Shown: in pieces, positions 1-10,308 of the stretch | Layout of the letters: each line of letters opens with the position of its first letter | Position numbering within the stretch: position 1 is the stretch's first letter | Assembly: GCA_043819795.1 (NCBI GenBank) | Contig: JBDREN010000086.1 | Location: 1-13,145, forward strand | DNA: 13,145 nucleotides | Source of the DNA: Elusimicrobiota bacterium | Lineage (GTDB): Bacteria; Elusimicrobiota; Elusimicrobia; UBA1565 | Reading direction: 5' to 3' | Position numbers and translations under genes: made by a program | The notes under the pieces: model-generated | What the model was told of the DNA's origin: nothing | Seen by the model: only the letters and a program-made list of their open reading frames with translations | Databases searched by the model: none

Positions 1-3648
<3,648 letters not shown>

Positions 3649-3716
3649 GAGTAGCGCTAGCGGCGCCCGTCGTCCGGTCGAGGTCCGCCGGCGTTGAGCC
3701 TGCCGATGGGCTCGTT

Positions 3717-3753
3717 TAGGAGCGTGTCCAGGTCTTACTCGGACACGCTCCTA
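3717..3753. repeat. Perfect 13-bp inverted repeat between convergent genes (possible bidirectional terminator or REP-like element)
   Basis: TAGGAGCGTGTCC (3717-3729), an 11-nt loop, then GGACACGCTCCTA (3741-3753). There is no strong U-tract on either strand. Confidence 0.7.
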
Positions 3754-5133
3754 GAGTCCGGTCAGCGCGATCCGGCTCAGCCCCGAGCGCGTGCCGACCC
3801 AGAGCGAGTCTCCGTCGAACGCGACCGCGCTCACGTCGTCGCCCGCGAGGCCGTCCTTCTTCCCGAGGGAGCGCCACCGGCCTTTCCACAAGAGCTTCAG
3901 ACCCTCCTCCATCCCGCCGACGGCGACCGTCGTCCCGCGGACCGCGATCGCGCCGGCGTTCACCCAGACCCGCGGCAATAGGGGGCGGACGCCGCCCTTT
4001 CCGCGATCGAGCAGTAATACCCCGCCGTCATAGGTCCCGGCGATGACGCCCTCGGGGTGCGGGGCCAGGGCCGTCACCCAATCGACGGGGATGGAGCCCT
4101 CCAGGCTCCGGAAGTGGGACCAACGCTTCCCGTCGTGACGATAGACTCCGGCCAGGCCCGCGACCCAGAGGGCCTTGGCGTCCACGTGGAGGTCCTGCGG
4201 ATGCTCCTCGGGGATGGGGATCGTCCGGACCTCGCCGTCTTCGAAGACAAGGATTGCGCCCTTTTGCGCGGCATAGACTTTGCCCCCGAACCCTGCCAGC
4301 GCCGAGGTCTTGTTTCGAAAGACCGTTCCCTCCGGGATCGCGACCCGCCCGTCCTCGATCCAGAAGAGCCCTTTGTGACCGGCGCCCCACAGACGTCCGC
4401 CGTCGAAGTGGAGGTCGTCGACCCAGTCGGAAGGAAGTCCCTGCTCCGTGGTCCAGTGCCGCCAGCGTCCGTCCCGGAGCGCCGAGAGGCCTTTGTCGAA
4501 GGTTGCGACCCAGAGGGTGTCTTCGACCTTGAGGACCCGGGTGATGTTGTTGTCGGCCGGGCCCTCCCGGCGTATCCTGCGCCGTGCCAGGCCGTCGAAC
4601 ACGTAGAGCCCTTGGCGGGTCCCGACCAGGAGCAGCCTTGGGGTGGCGGCGAGGGCGGTGACCACGTCGGGGAAACCCGGCAGCCGCCGTCCGGGCGCCC
4701 GCAACTCGCGAAGGCCCCCGCCGAAAGTCCCGACCAGGAGGCGTCCCCGGAATACGGCCACCGAGGTCGCGGGGAAGCCGTGGACCGGATGAACGACGGA
4801 CCCCCGCCCGCAGCGCTTTTCGACCCCGCGCCGCTCGGGAGTATAGACGCACCCGGCGTGCTCCAGCGTCGGGGGTATTTTCCGGAGGGGGGCGTCGGCT
4901 CCGCGGATGCGGACCTTCTCGACGCGGTCCAGCCTCTCCGGCAGTTCGATCCGGTACGATGCCCCGGTCGTGCCGATGAGCGCCGAGTCTCCAAGGACCT
5001 CGATCGCCACGACGTCCTCGCTGTTGGCGTGGTTCTCTATGGGGAACGGCGCGGGGGGAGGCTCTCGAGGTCCTGCACAAAGCGCCGGCCCGGCGGCGAA
5101 GAGAAGGGCCGACCATGCCGCGGGGCCGGTCAC
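3751..5133 (-). CDS. Secreted beta-propeller repeat protein (two-component-regulator-propeller-like blades)
   Basis: 460-aa ORF with a signal-peptide-like N-terminus (MTGPAAWSALLFAAGPALCA). Repeated blades include LLVGTFGGGL, LWVATFDKGL, GLPSDWVDDL and DGLAGDDVSAVAFDGDSLWVGTRSGL. The GTG start overlaps the upstream TGA stop (GTGA, 5130-5133). Confidence 0.85.
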   Translation of the reverse strand: MTGPAAWSALLFAAGPALCAGPREPPPAPFPIENHANSEDVVAIEVLGDSALIGTTGASYRIELPERLDRVEKVRIRGADAPLRKIPPTLEHAGCVYTPERRGVEKRCGRGSVVHPVHGFPATSVAVFRGRLLVGTFGGGLRELRAPGRRLPGFPDVVTALAATPRLLLVGTRQGLYVFDGLARRRIRREGPADNNITRVLKVEDTLWVATFDKGLSALRDGRWRHWTTEQGLPSDWVDDLHFDGGRLWGAGHKGLFWIEDGRVAIPEGTVFRNKTSALAGFGGKVYAAQKGAILVFEDGEVRTIPIPEEHPQDLHVDAKALWVAGLAGVYRHDGKRWSHFRSLEGSIPVDWVTALAPHPEGVIAGTYDGGVLLLDRGKGGVRPLLPRVWVNAGAIAVRGTTVAVGGMEEGLKLLWKGRWRSLGKKDGLAGDDVSAVAFDGDSLWVGTRSGLSRIALTGL

Positions 5134-7652
5134 CGGAGGTCCGGGAGCCGGTGGCGGAATACCTGGTGGTGGATGTTTCCGGCGTAGTCGGTCGCCTCGA
5201 CCAGGAAACGGGTCTCCCCCGGCTCGAGGCCCTCGAGGTCCAGCACGCCCTTCCAGGTGAAAGAGCCCGGCGAACGGATCAGCTTCATCGGGATCACGCG
5301 GCCGTCCGGGGCGAGGATCCGGAGCCGCTTGACGTCGTGGAGCACCTCGATCGCTCCTCGGGGTCCCGAGCGCATCTCGAGGACGTCCTTCTTCGGCACG
5401 GCCGTGAAGACCAGCTTCGAGCCCTCGCGGGAGGCGCTCACCGTCAGGACCGGCGCTTTCGAATCGACCGTGTAGAAGGCGTTGAGCTCCCTGCGCGATC
5501 CGTCGGGCTGCACGGCGAGGACGCGGATCGGGTAGCGGCCGTCTTCCACGCGCCGCGGGACGAGGAACCGGCAGGTCCAGCGGCCCAGGTCCGGATCGAA
5601 CTTGAGGAGCTTCCGGAGCCCGAAATCGAACTCGGCGATGACCGCGGCGCTCTCTTCGGGCGCGTCCACGCTCAAAACGGGGTCCCCGGGCTTCATGCGC
5701 GGGATCGAGACCTGGGCCTCGGGGCCGAAGACTCCCTCGTGGCTGACGCCCTCGGGCATCTCGACCGGGATGAGCACCGAATCCAGAGGGAGCTTCGTGT
5801 CGGCGAGGATATTGCGCTCGACCGCGACAAAGGATGTGTACTTGCTCATCAGGTTGAAGCGCTTTGCGAGCTCGATGATCCGCTTCACGCGCTTCGGATC
5901 CTCGATATTGAGCATCGCGTCCATGTGCGCCTTGATCTGCTTGCGGGCCCAGAGGGCGCCCAAGGCCTTGTTCTCGCGCCTACCCTCGGGCAGGACCACG
6001 TCGAAGACCTTCTCGTAGGCCGCTTGGCCGGCGCTGCCGCGCAGCCTCACCTTGGCCGAGCCCGGCTTTCCGTAGCGGCCGAAGACGAACAGGGGCTGGT
6101 TCTCGAAGAGGTCGGGGAGGCGCCCCGGGTAGACGTCCGAGACGTCGAGCCCGCCCCAGTCGATCGCCAGGTCCATGAGCAGGGGGTTGCTGATCCGCCG
6201 GTAGAAGCGATCCACCGCTTCCAGCGTGTTCTCGTCGTTGCGCACGTATTGGACGAAGCCGTTGCCGGCCTCGGCCATGCCGTTAAGCAGGTAGCGGTTG
6301 ACCGAGGAGCCCACCCCGAAGGAGTAGAGCCGCGTGTCGCCGAGGCGCTCCTTGATGGCGGCGAGGATCTGGGCGTCGTTGCCGATGTAGCCGTCGGTCA
6401 TGAAGAATACCATCCGGCGGCGGTGGGGGTCCTTGGGAAAGTCGAGCGCGGCCCTGATCCCGGCGAGCATCTGGGTGCCGCCCATCCCGCGCATCCCGTT
6501 GACGTACGAGAGCCCCCGGCGCCGGTTGATGAACGTGTTGGGCAACGGCCCGCGGGAGAATTGCGAGGCGGCGTCGGAGAACTTGATGATCTGGAAGGAG
6601 TCGTACGGGTTCATCCCCATGATCAGCCGGCGCATGGCCTGCTTGGCCTTGGCGATCGGCTCTCCCGACATCGATCCCGAGTTGTCGACCACGAAGACGA
6701 GCTCCTTCGGAACGGGCTCGCTCGGCCGGACCTTGGCCTGGGGCTGGAGAAGCAGCATGAAATAGCCTTCTTTGCCGTCGCGGTGCGCGAGGACCGCCGG
6801 CTCCGCGCGCCCGGCGGAGAGACCGTACTGCAGGACGAAGTCCTTGTTGGGGATCCGGTCCGAAGGGCGGATCTGGACCTCGGCCACGCCGGAGCCCCGC
6901 TTCCGGATGTCGACGAGATGCGACTTGGACCGGAGGCCCTTGATAGGCAGGCCCGCGTCGATCCGGACGCGCAGGCTGATGTCGTGCCCGTTGCGCTCGC
7001 CCGGCGTCAGGACGTGGGGGGTGATCCGTGACGCGTCGGGCACGGCCGTCGTGTCCATGGACCAGCCGGAGCCCAAGTCCTGTCGCGAGAGCCGGAATCC
7101 CGGGATAAATCGCGGCCCGACGACCATAGGGAATACGAAGCGGTAGATGCCGTCGTCGTACTTGAGCTCATGCACGTAGCGAATCTTGACGAAGACCGTC
7201 TCCCCGGCCGGGATGTTCGCGAGCGACTGGGTGAAGATGTTGGCCCGTTCCTGCTCGAGGAGCGCGGCCGTCTTGCCTTCCTGCTTCGCTTTCTCGTAGA
7301 TCTTGCGCGCCTTCTCGCGCTCCTTGACCTTGCTGTAGACGACCCGGTCCCCGATGCGGAAGTACATGTCGCTCACGGCCGCGTTGTCCGGGAGGGGGAA
7401 GACGTACTCGGCCTCGATCCGGTTCTTGGCGGGATTGTGGAAGCGCTGCTCGACCTCAACGGCGGCGATGGCTCCGGTCACCTCGGTCGTGACGGAGGTG
7501 CGCTCGAGCACGAAGCGGCCGGCCGTCTTGCCCTGGCGGTCGACGATCCGCATCTCTCCCTGAAAGACCGCGTCGTCCAAGGGCGGGGGGGTCTGCGCCT
7601 CGCAGGCACCGGGAGCGAGCAATCCGAGCAGCACGATCAATACCTGACCCAT
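5130..7652 (-). CDS. Secreted VIT (vault protein inter-alpha-trypsin) and von Willebrand factor A domain protein with C-terminal beta-rich domains
   Basis: VIT motifs: VEVEQRFHNP, EAEYVFPLPDNAAV, ARKIYEKAKQEGKTAALLEQERANIFTQSLANI. The vWA MIDAS is intact: VFVVDNSGSM, GGT, FMTDG. The start is moved from 7790 to ATG 7652, which gives a signal peptide (MGQVLIVLLGLLAPGACEA) and 840 aa. Confidence 0.92.
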   Translation of the reverse strand: MGQVLIVLLGLLAPGACEAQTPPPLDDAVFQGEMRIVDRQGKTAGRFVLERTSVTTEVTGAIAAVEVEQRFHNPAKNRIEAEYVFPLPDNAAVSDMYFRIGDRVVYSKVKEREKARKIYEKAKQEGKTAALLEQERANIFTQSLANIPAGETVFVKIRYVHELKYDDGIYRFVFPMVVGPRFIPGFRLSRQDLGSGWSMDTTAVPDASRITPHVLTPGERNGHDISLRVRIDAGLPIKGLRSKSHLVDIRKRGSGVAEVQIRPSDRIPNKDFVLQYGLSAGRAEPAVLAHRDGKEGYFMLLLQPQAKVRPSEPVPKELVFVVDNSGSMSGEPIAKAKQAMRRLIMGMNPYDSFQIIKFSDAASQFSRGPLPNTFINRRRGLSYVNGMRGMGGTQMLAGIRAALDFPKDPHRRRMVFFMTDGYIGNDAQILAAIKERLGDTRLYSFGVGSSVNRYLLNGMAEAGNGFVQYVRNDENTLEAVDRFYRRISNPLLMDLAIDWGGLDVSDVYPGRLPDLFENQPLFVFGRYGKPGSAKVRLRGSAGQAAYEKVFDVVLPEGRRENKALGALWARKQIKAHMDAMLNIEDPKRVKRIIELAKRFNLMSKYTSFVAVERNILADTKLPLDSVLIPVEMPEGVSHEGVFGPEAQVSIPRMKPGDPVLSVDAPEESAAVIAEFDFGLRKLLKFDPDLGRWTCRFLVPRRVEDGRYPIRVLAVQPDGSRRELNAFYTVDSKAPVLTVSASREGSKLVFTAVPKKDVLEMRSGPRGAIEVLHDVKRLRILAPDGRVIPMKLIRSPGSFTWKGVLDLEGLEPGETRFLVEATDYAGNIHHQVFRHRLPDLR

Positions 7653-7660
7653 GGGCGCAA

Positions 7661-7687
7661 TACGAGCGGGGCGGGGCGAGTATTTCA
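7661..7687 (-). promoter_or_regulatory. Candidate ECF-sigma-type promoter for the VIT-vWA operon
   Basis: The minus strand reads TGAAAT-N17-CGTA, ending 8 nt before ATG 7652. This resembles the SigW-type TGAAAC...CGTA consensus. No Shine-Dalgarno is visible. Confidence 0.35.
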
Positions 7688-7866
7688 GGGTGCGGGGCGA
7701 CACGCCGGGGCCGAGGCCGCGACCGGCCCGGTTGATGAAGGGAAACAAAGGCGAAGCCGCCCTTCCTTCACGGGGCTTGCGGGGGCCCAAACGCGATGGG
7801 ACTGTTCATGTCAAGGACGTTCCGGAGTGCCTTTTTTTGGGGTAATGTACTATTGTAACTGCTCCG

Positions 7867-10092
7867 ATGCTCCCTTTCTTGACGTTCCTCGTCCTGCTGT
7901 TTCAGGTCGGCCAAAGCCGGTTATACGGATACGTCCTCTTTCACCACTTCACGCCCGCGGCTATTTCTCTGGCTTTGCTGGGCTTGGGCTTGGGGGCTTT
8001 CCTGCGTCTAGGCGTTCTGAAGACGTTCGGCCCTGAGCGGCTCCGCGTCTACGGCCTCTCGGCGCTCTCCGCGTGCTTTATGCTTGTGTATGCCGCCCTG
8101 TTTGCCGCCGGTTCCGTTTGGGTCCTGTTGGCGGCTTCCCTTCTCCCTTTTTTGATGCTCGGGGTACTCGTTTCCCAATGCTACGCATCCTCGGCGTCGA
8201 ACGATCCGTATAAGACTTACTTCATGGATCTGATGGGGGGCGCGGGGGCATGCCTTTGCGCGATTCCCGCGATCAACCTCTTGGGTGGGGTCGGCCTGAA
8301 TCTGGTCTTGGCGCTCCTCGCCTCCACTGCGGCCTGCGTGCGGAGCTATGCCTTGAGAGGAAGACGCCCGAAGTTTTTCTCCCGGGCCGTTTTGTGCCTG
8401 GCGGTGATCATGACGGGACTGTGGTCGGCGTCGCTTCTGCCGGATCCTTGGGAGACCGCTTCCCCGCCGGGTCGAAAGCCCCTGCATGAAAGCGCGCGGA
8501 GGGAAAAGGGCCGGATACTGGATCACGCGTGGAGCGTGTCGGGGCGGGCCGACCTCTACGCTCACCCCGACTACGCCAATATCCGCTGGATCTACAACGA
8601 CGCCACGAACTCGTCCTACCTGGTCCGCGAGCCCAGGACGGAGTCGCAGAAGAATATCCTCAAGGCCATGACCCCGTATGCCCCGTTCGACTTCTTCCGC
8701 CCGAAAGACGTCCTCCTCATCGGGCCCGGCGGCGGGTTAGAGGTGCACTTGGCGCGGTTGGGCGGGGCGGAGCGTATCCAGGCGGTGGAGCTCAATCCCG
8801 CGATCATAGAACTGGTGCGTCGCTCGAAGGATTTCGCCGGCGACGTGTATGACCAACCGGGAGTGGCGCTGACGGTCGGAGAGGGGCGTCGCTTCTTGAT
8901 GACGCATCCCCAGCTCTACGACTTGATTCAAATGTCGCTGGTTCTGACGGCGACGCCTCAAAGCGGGACCTTCGCGCTGGCGGAAGGATACCTCTATACC
9001 CGGGAAGCCCATCGCTTGTATTTGAACCGTCTTCGGCCCGGCGGTTTTTTATCCATAATCGACGATCACGGCACGCGGAATTTCCGCCAGCTTATCACCT
9101 CGTTGTCTGTATTGGAAGAAGGCGGTCGAGGGACGGGCGCGGCGATGCGTCATGCTGCGGTCATCGAGAATACAAGAAAGGACGGGATGGGCTACCGCCA
9201 TCTTCTCCTCATTTCTCCTACTCCCATTTCCGAGGCGTCCGCCGAGCGGATACTCACCTTGTCTCGGAGCCGCGGCCTGACGCCTTTGTGGGTGCCGGGA
9301 CGCGTCGCGCGGGCGCCGTTTGATGCCTTAGCGAGGATGGGACGTATGGCGTTTCTCGCCGCCCATCCCCTGGAACTTAGCCCGCCGACCGACGAACATC
9401 CGTTTTTCTTTTACTTCGGCAAAGGCGCGCGCGGGTATTTTTCGGTGGTGCGGACGCTCGGCGTCGTTGCCTTGCTCTCGGCGTTTTTGGCCGCCCTATT
9501 CGCTCGGCGGCACAAGAGAGCGCTGGGCGCCCAGTCGTGGCGGCCTCTTCTGGCGGCGTTTCTCTTGGGCGCGGCCTTTATGTGCCTGGAGGGGGGCTTG
9601 CTGCAGCGTCTTACGCTCGCGGCGGGCGGCCCGACCGAGATTTTCGCGATCCTCCTGTTCTCTCTTTTGTTCTGGTGTGGGCTCGGCAGCCGCTTGGCTT
9701 GCGTGCTCGGCCGGCGGTTCTCTTTCGGATTGCCGGAAGCTTGCGTAGGGGCGATGCTGGCCGCTCTGGCCGCTTATTTCGTCCTGGGCGAGTATTATAC
9801 GTTCACGGGGGCGCGGTCTCCATTATTCTTGCGCGCGGGGATATTCTTCTCATTGGCTCCGGTCGGTCTCATCTTGGGAGGGCCGTTTCCCTTTCTCCTC
9901 GCGCGTTACGTCCGCGGGGACGAGAAAGCGGCCGCGGTCTTGTGGGGGGTAAACGGCTTGGCGTCGGTGTGCGGCGCTATGCTTACGATCGCTTTACCGG
10001 TGGCATGGGGGGTGCGTGCCAATTTCCTGGCGGGCGGGCTTCTGTATGGAGCGGCGGCGTGGATCACGCGCGGGGGGGAGAAGGGGCCATGA
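7867..10092 (+). CDS. Polytopic membrane protein with a central spermidine-synthase-like class I SAM-binding domain
   Basis: 741 aa with hydrophobic multi-helix N- and C-terminal regions (including YFMDLMGGAGAC and LWGVNGLASVCG). Central motifs: VLLIGPGGGLEV, AVELNP, GEGRRFL, YDLIQMSL, EGYLYTREA, LRPGG. Confidence 0.88.
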   Translation: MLPFLTFLVLLFQVGQSRLYGYVLFHHFTPAAISLALLGLGLGAFLRLGVLKTFGPERLRVYGLSALSACFMLVYAALFAAGSVWVLLAASLLPFLMLGVLVSQCYASSASNDPYKTYFMDLMGGAGACLCAIPAINLLGGVGLNLVLALLASTAACVRSYALRGRRPKFFSRAVLCLAVIMTGLWSASLLPDPWETASPPGRKPLHESARREKGRILDHAWSVSGRADLYAHPDYANIRWIYNDATNSSYLVREPRTESQKNILKAMTPYAPFDFFRPKDVLLIGPGGGLEVHLARLGGAERIQAVELNPAIIELVRRSKDFAGDVYDQPGVALTVGEGRRFLMTHPQLYDLIQMSLVLTATPQSGTFALAEGYLYTREAHRLYLNRLRPGGFLSIIDDHGTRNFRQLITSLSVLEEGGRGTGAAMRHAAVIENTRKDGMGYRHLLLISPTPISEASAERILTLSRSRGLTPLWVPGRVARAPFDALARMGRMAFLAAHPLELSPPTDEHPFFFYFGKGARGYFSVVRTLGVVALLSAFLAALFARRHKRALGAQSWRPLLAAFLLGAAFMCLEGGLLQRLTLAAGGPTEIFAILLFSLLFWCGLGSRLACVLGRRFSFGLPEACVGAMLAALAAYFVLGEYYTFTGARSPLFLRAGIFFSLAPVGLILGGPFPFLLARYVRGDEKAAAVLWGVNGLASVCGAMLTIALPVAWGVRANFLAGGLLYGAAAWITRGGEKGP

Positions 10093-10208
10093 TCCGGTCA
10101 CGCGGGGATATCCCGATCATCCCCGGTCTCGAAGACTTCCTCTTGTCCCTGGCGCGGTTTTCGCGTTCGATGTCCTTTCCCTAGGGGAAAATCAACCGCA
10201 AACGAGGA

Positions 10209-10244
10209 CAAAAGAAGACGCCAGCCCTCCCGGGCCAGCGTCTT
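10209..10244 (-). terminator. Intrinsic terminator downstream of the tRNA-Tyr locus
   Basis: The minus strand reads AAGACGCTGGCCC-GGGA-GGGCTGGCGTCTT followed by CTTTTG: a 13-bp stem with 2 G-U pairs and a GNRA loop. Confidence 0.8.
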
Positions 10245-10251
10245 TCCCAAA

Positions 10252-10305
10252 TGGTGGTGGGGATAGCACCGATCCAATAAGTCAGAGGACCGGCACTATC
10301 CCCAC
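10252..10305 (-). other. Duplicated tRNA-Tyr 3' end carrying CCA, forming a 19-bp hairpin (att-like remnant or tRNA-like minihelix)
   Basis: The minus strand reads GTGGGGATAGTGCCGGTCC-TCTGACTTATT-GGATCGGTGCTATCCCCAC-CACCA. CTATCCCCACCA at 10255-10266 is identical to 10322-10333. Confidence 0.75.
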
Positions 10306-10308
10306 GGT

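Noticed and set aside
5115..7031. 638-aa plus-strand ORF, and similar ORFs at 4057-5187, 10378-11916 and 12191-13126
   Set aside because: They are antisense shadows of well-supported minus-strand genes in high-GC DNA and have no recognisable motifs.
7653..7790. N-terminal extension of the VIT-vWA ORF
   Set aside because: The sequence is low-complexity and Arg/Pro-rich. The signal peptide begins at ATG 7652.
7809..7814. Perfect TTGACA on the minus strand
   Set aside because: There is no -10-like hexamer at 16-18 nt spacing.
7867..10092. Assigning the gene symbol speE
   Set aside because: Key aspartates are missing and the architecture differs from soluble SpeE.
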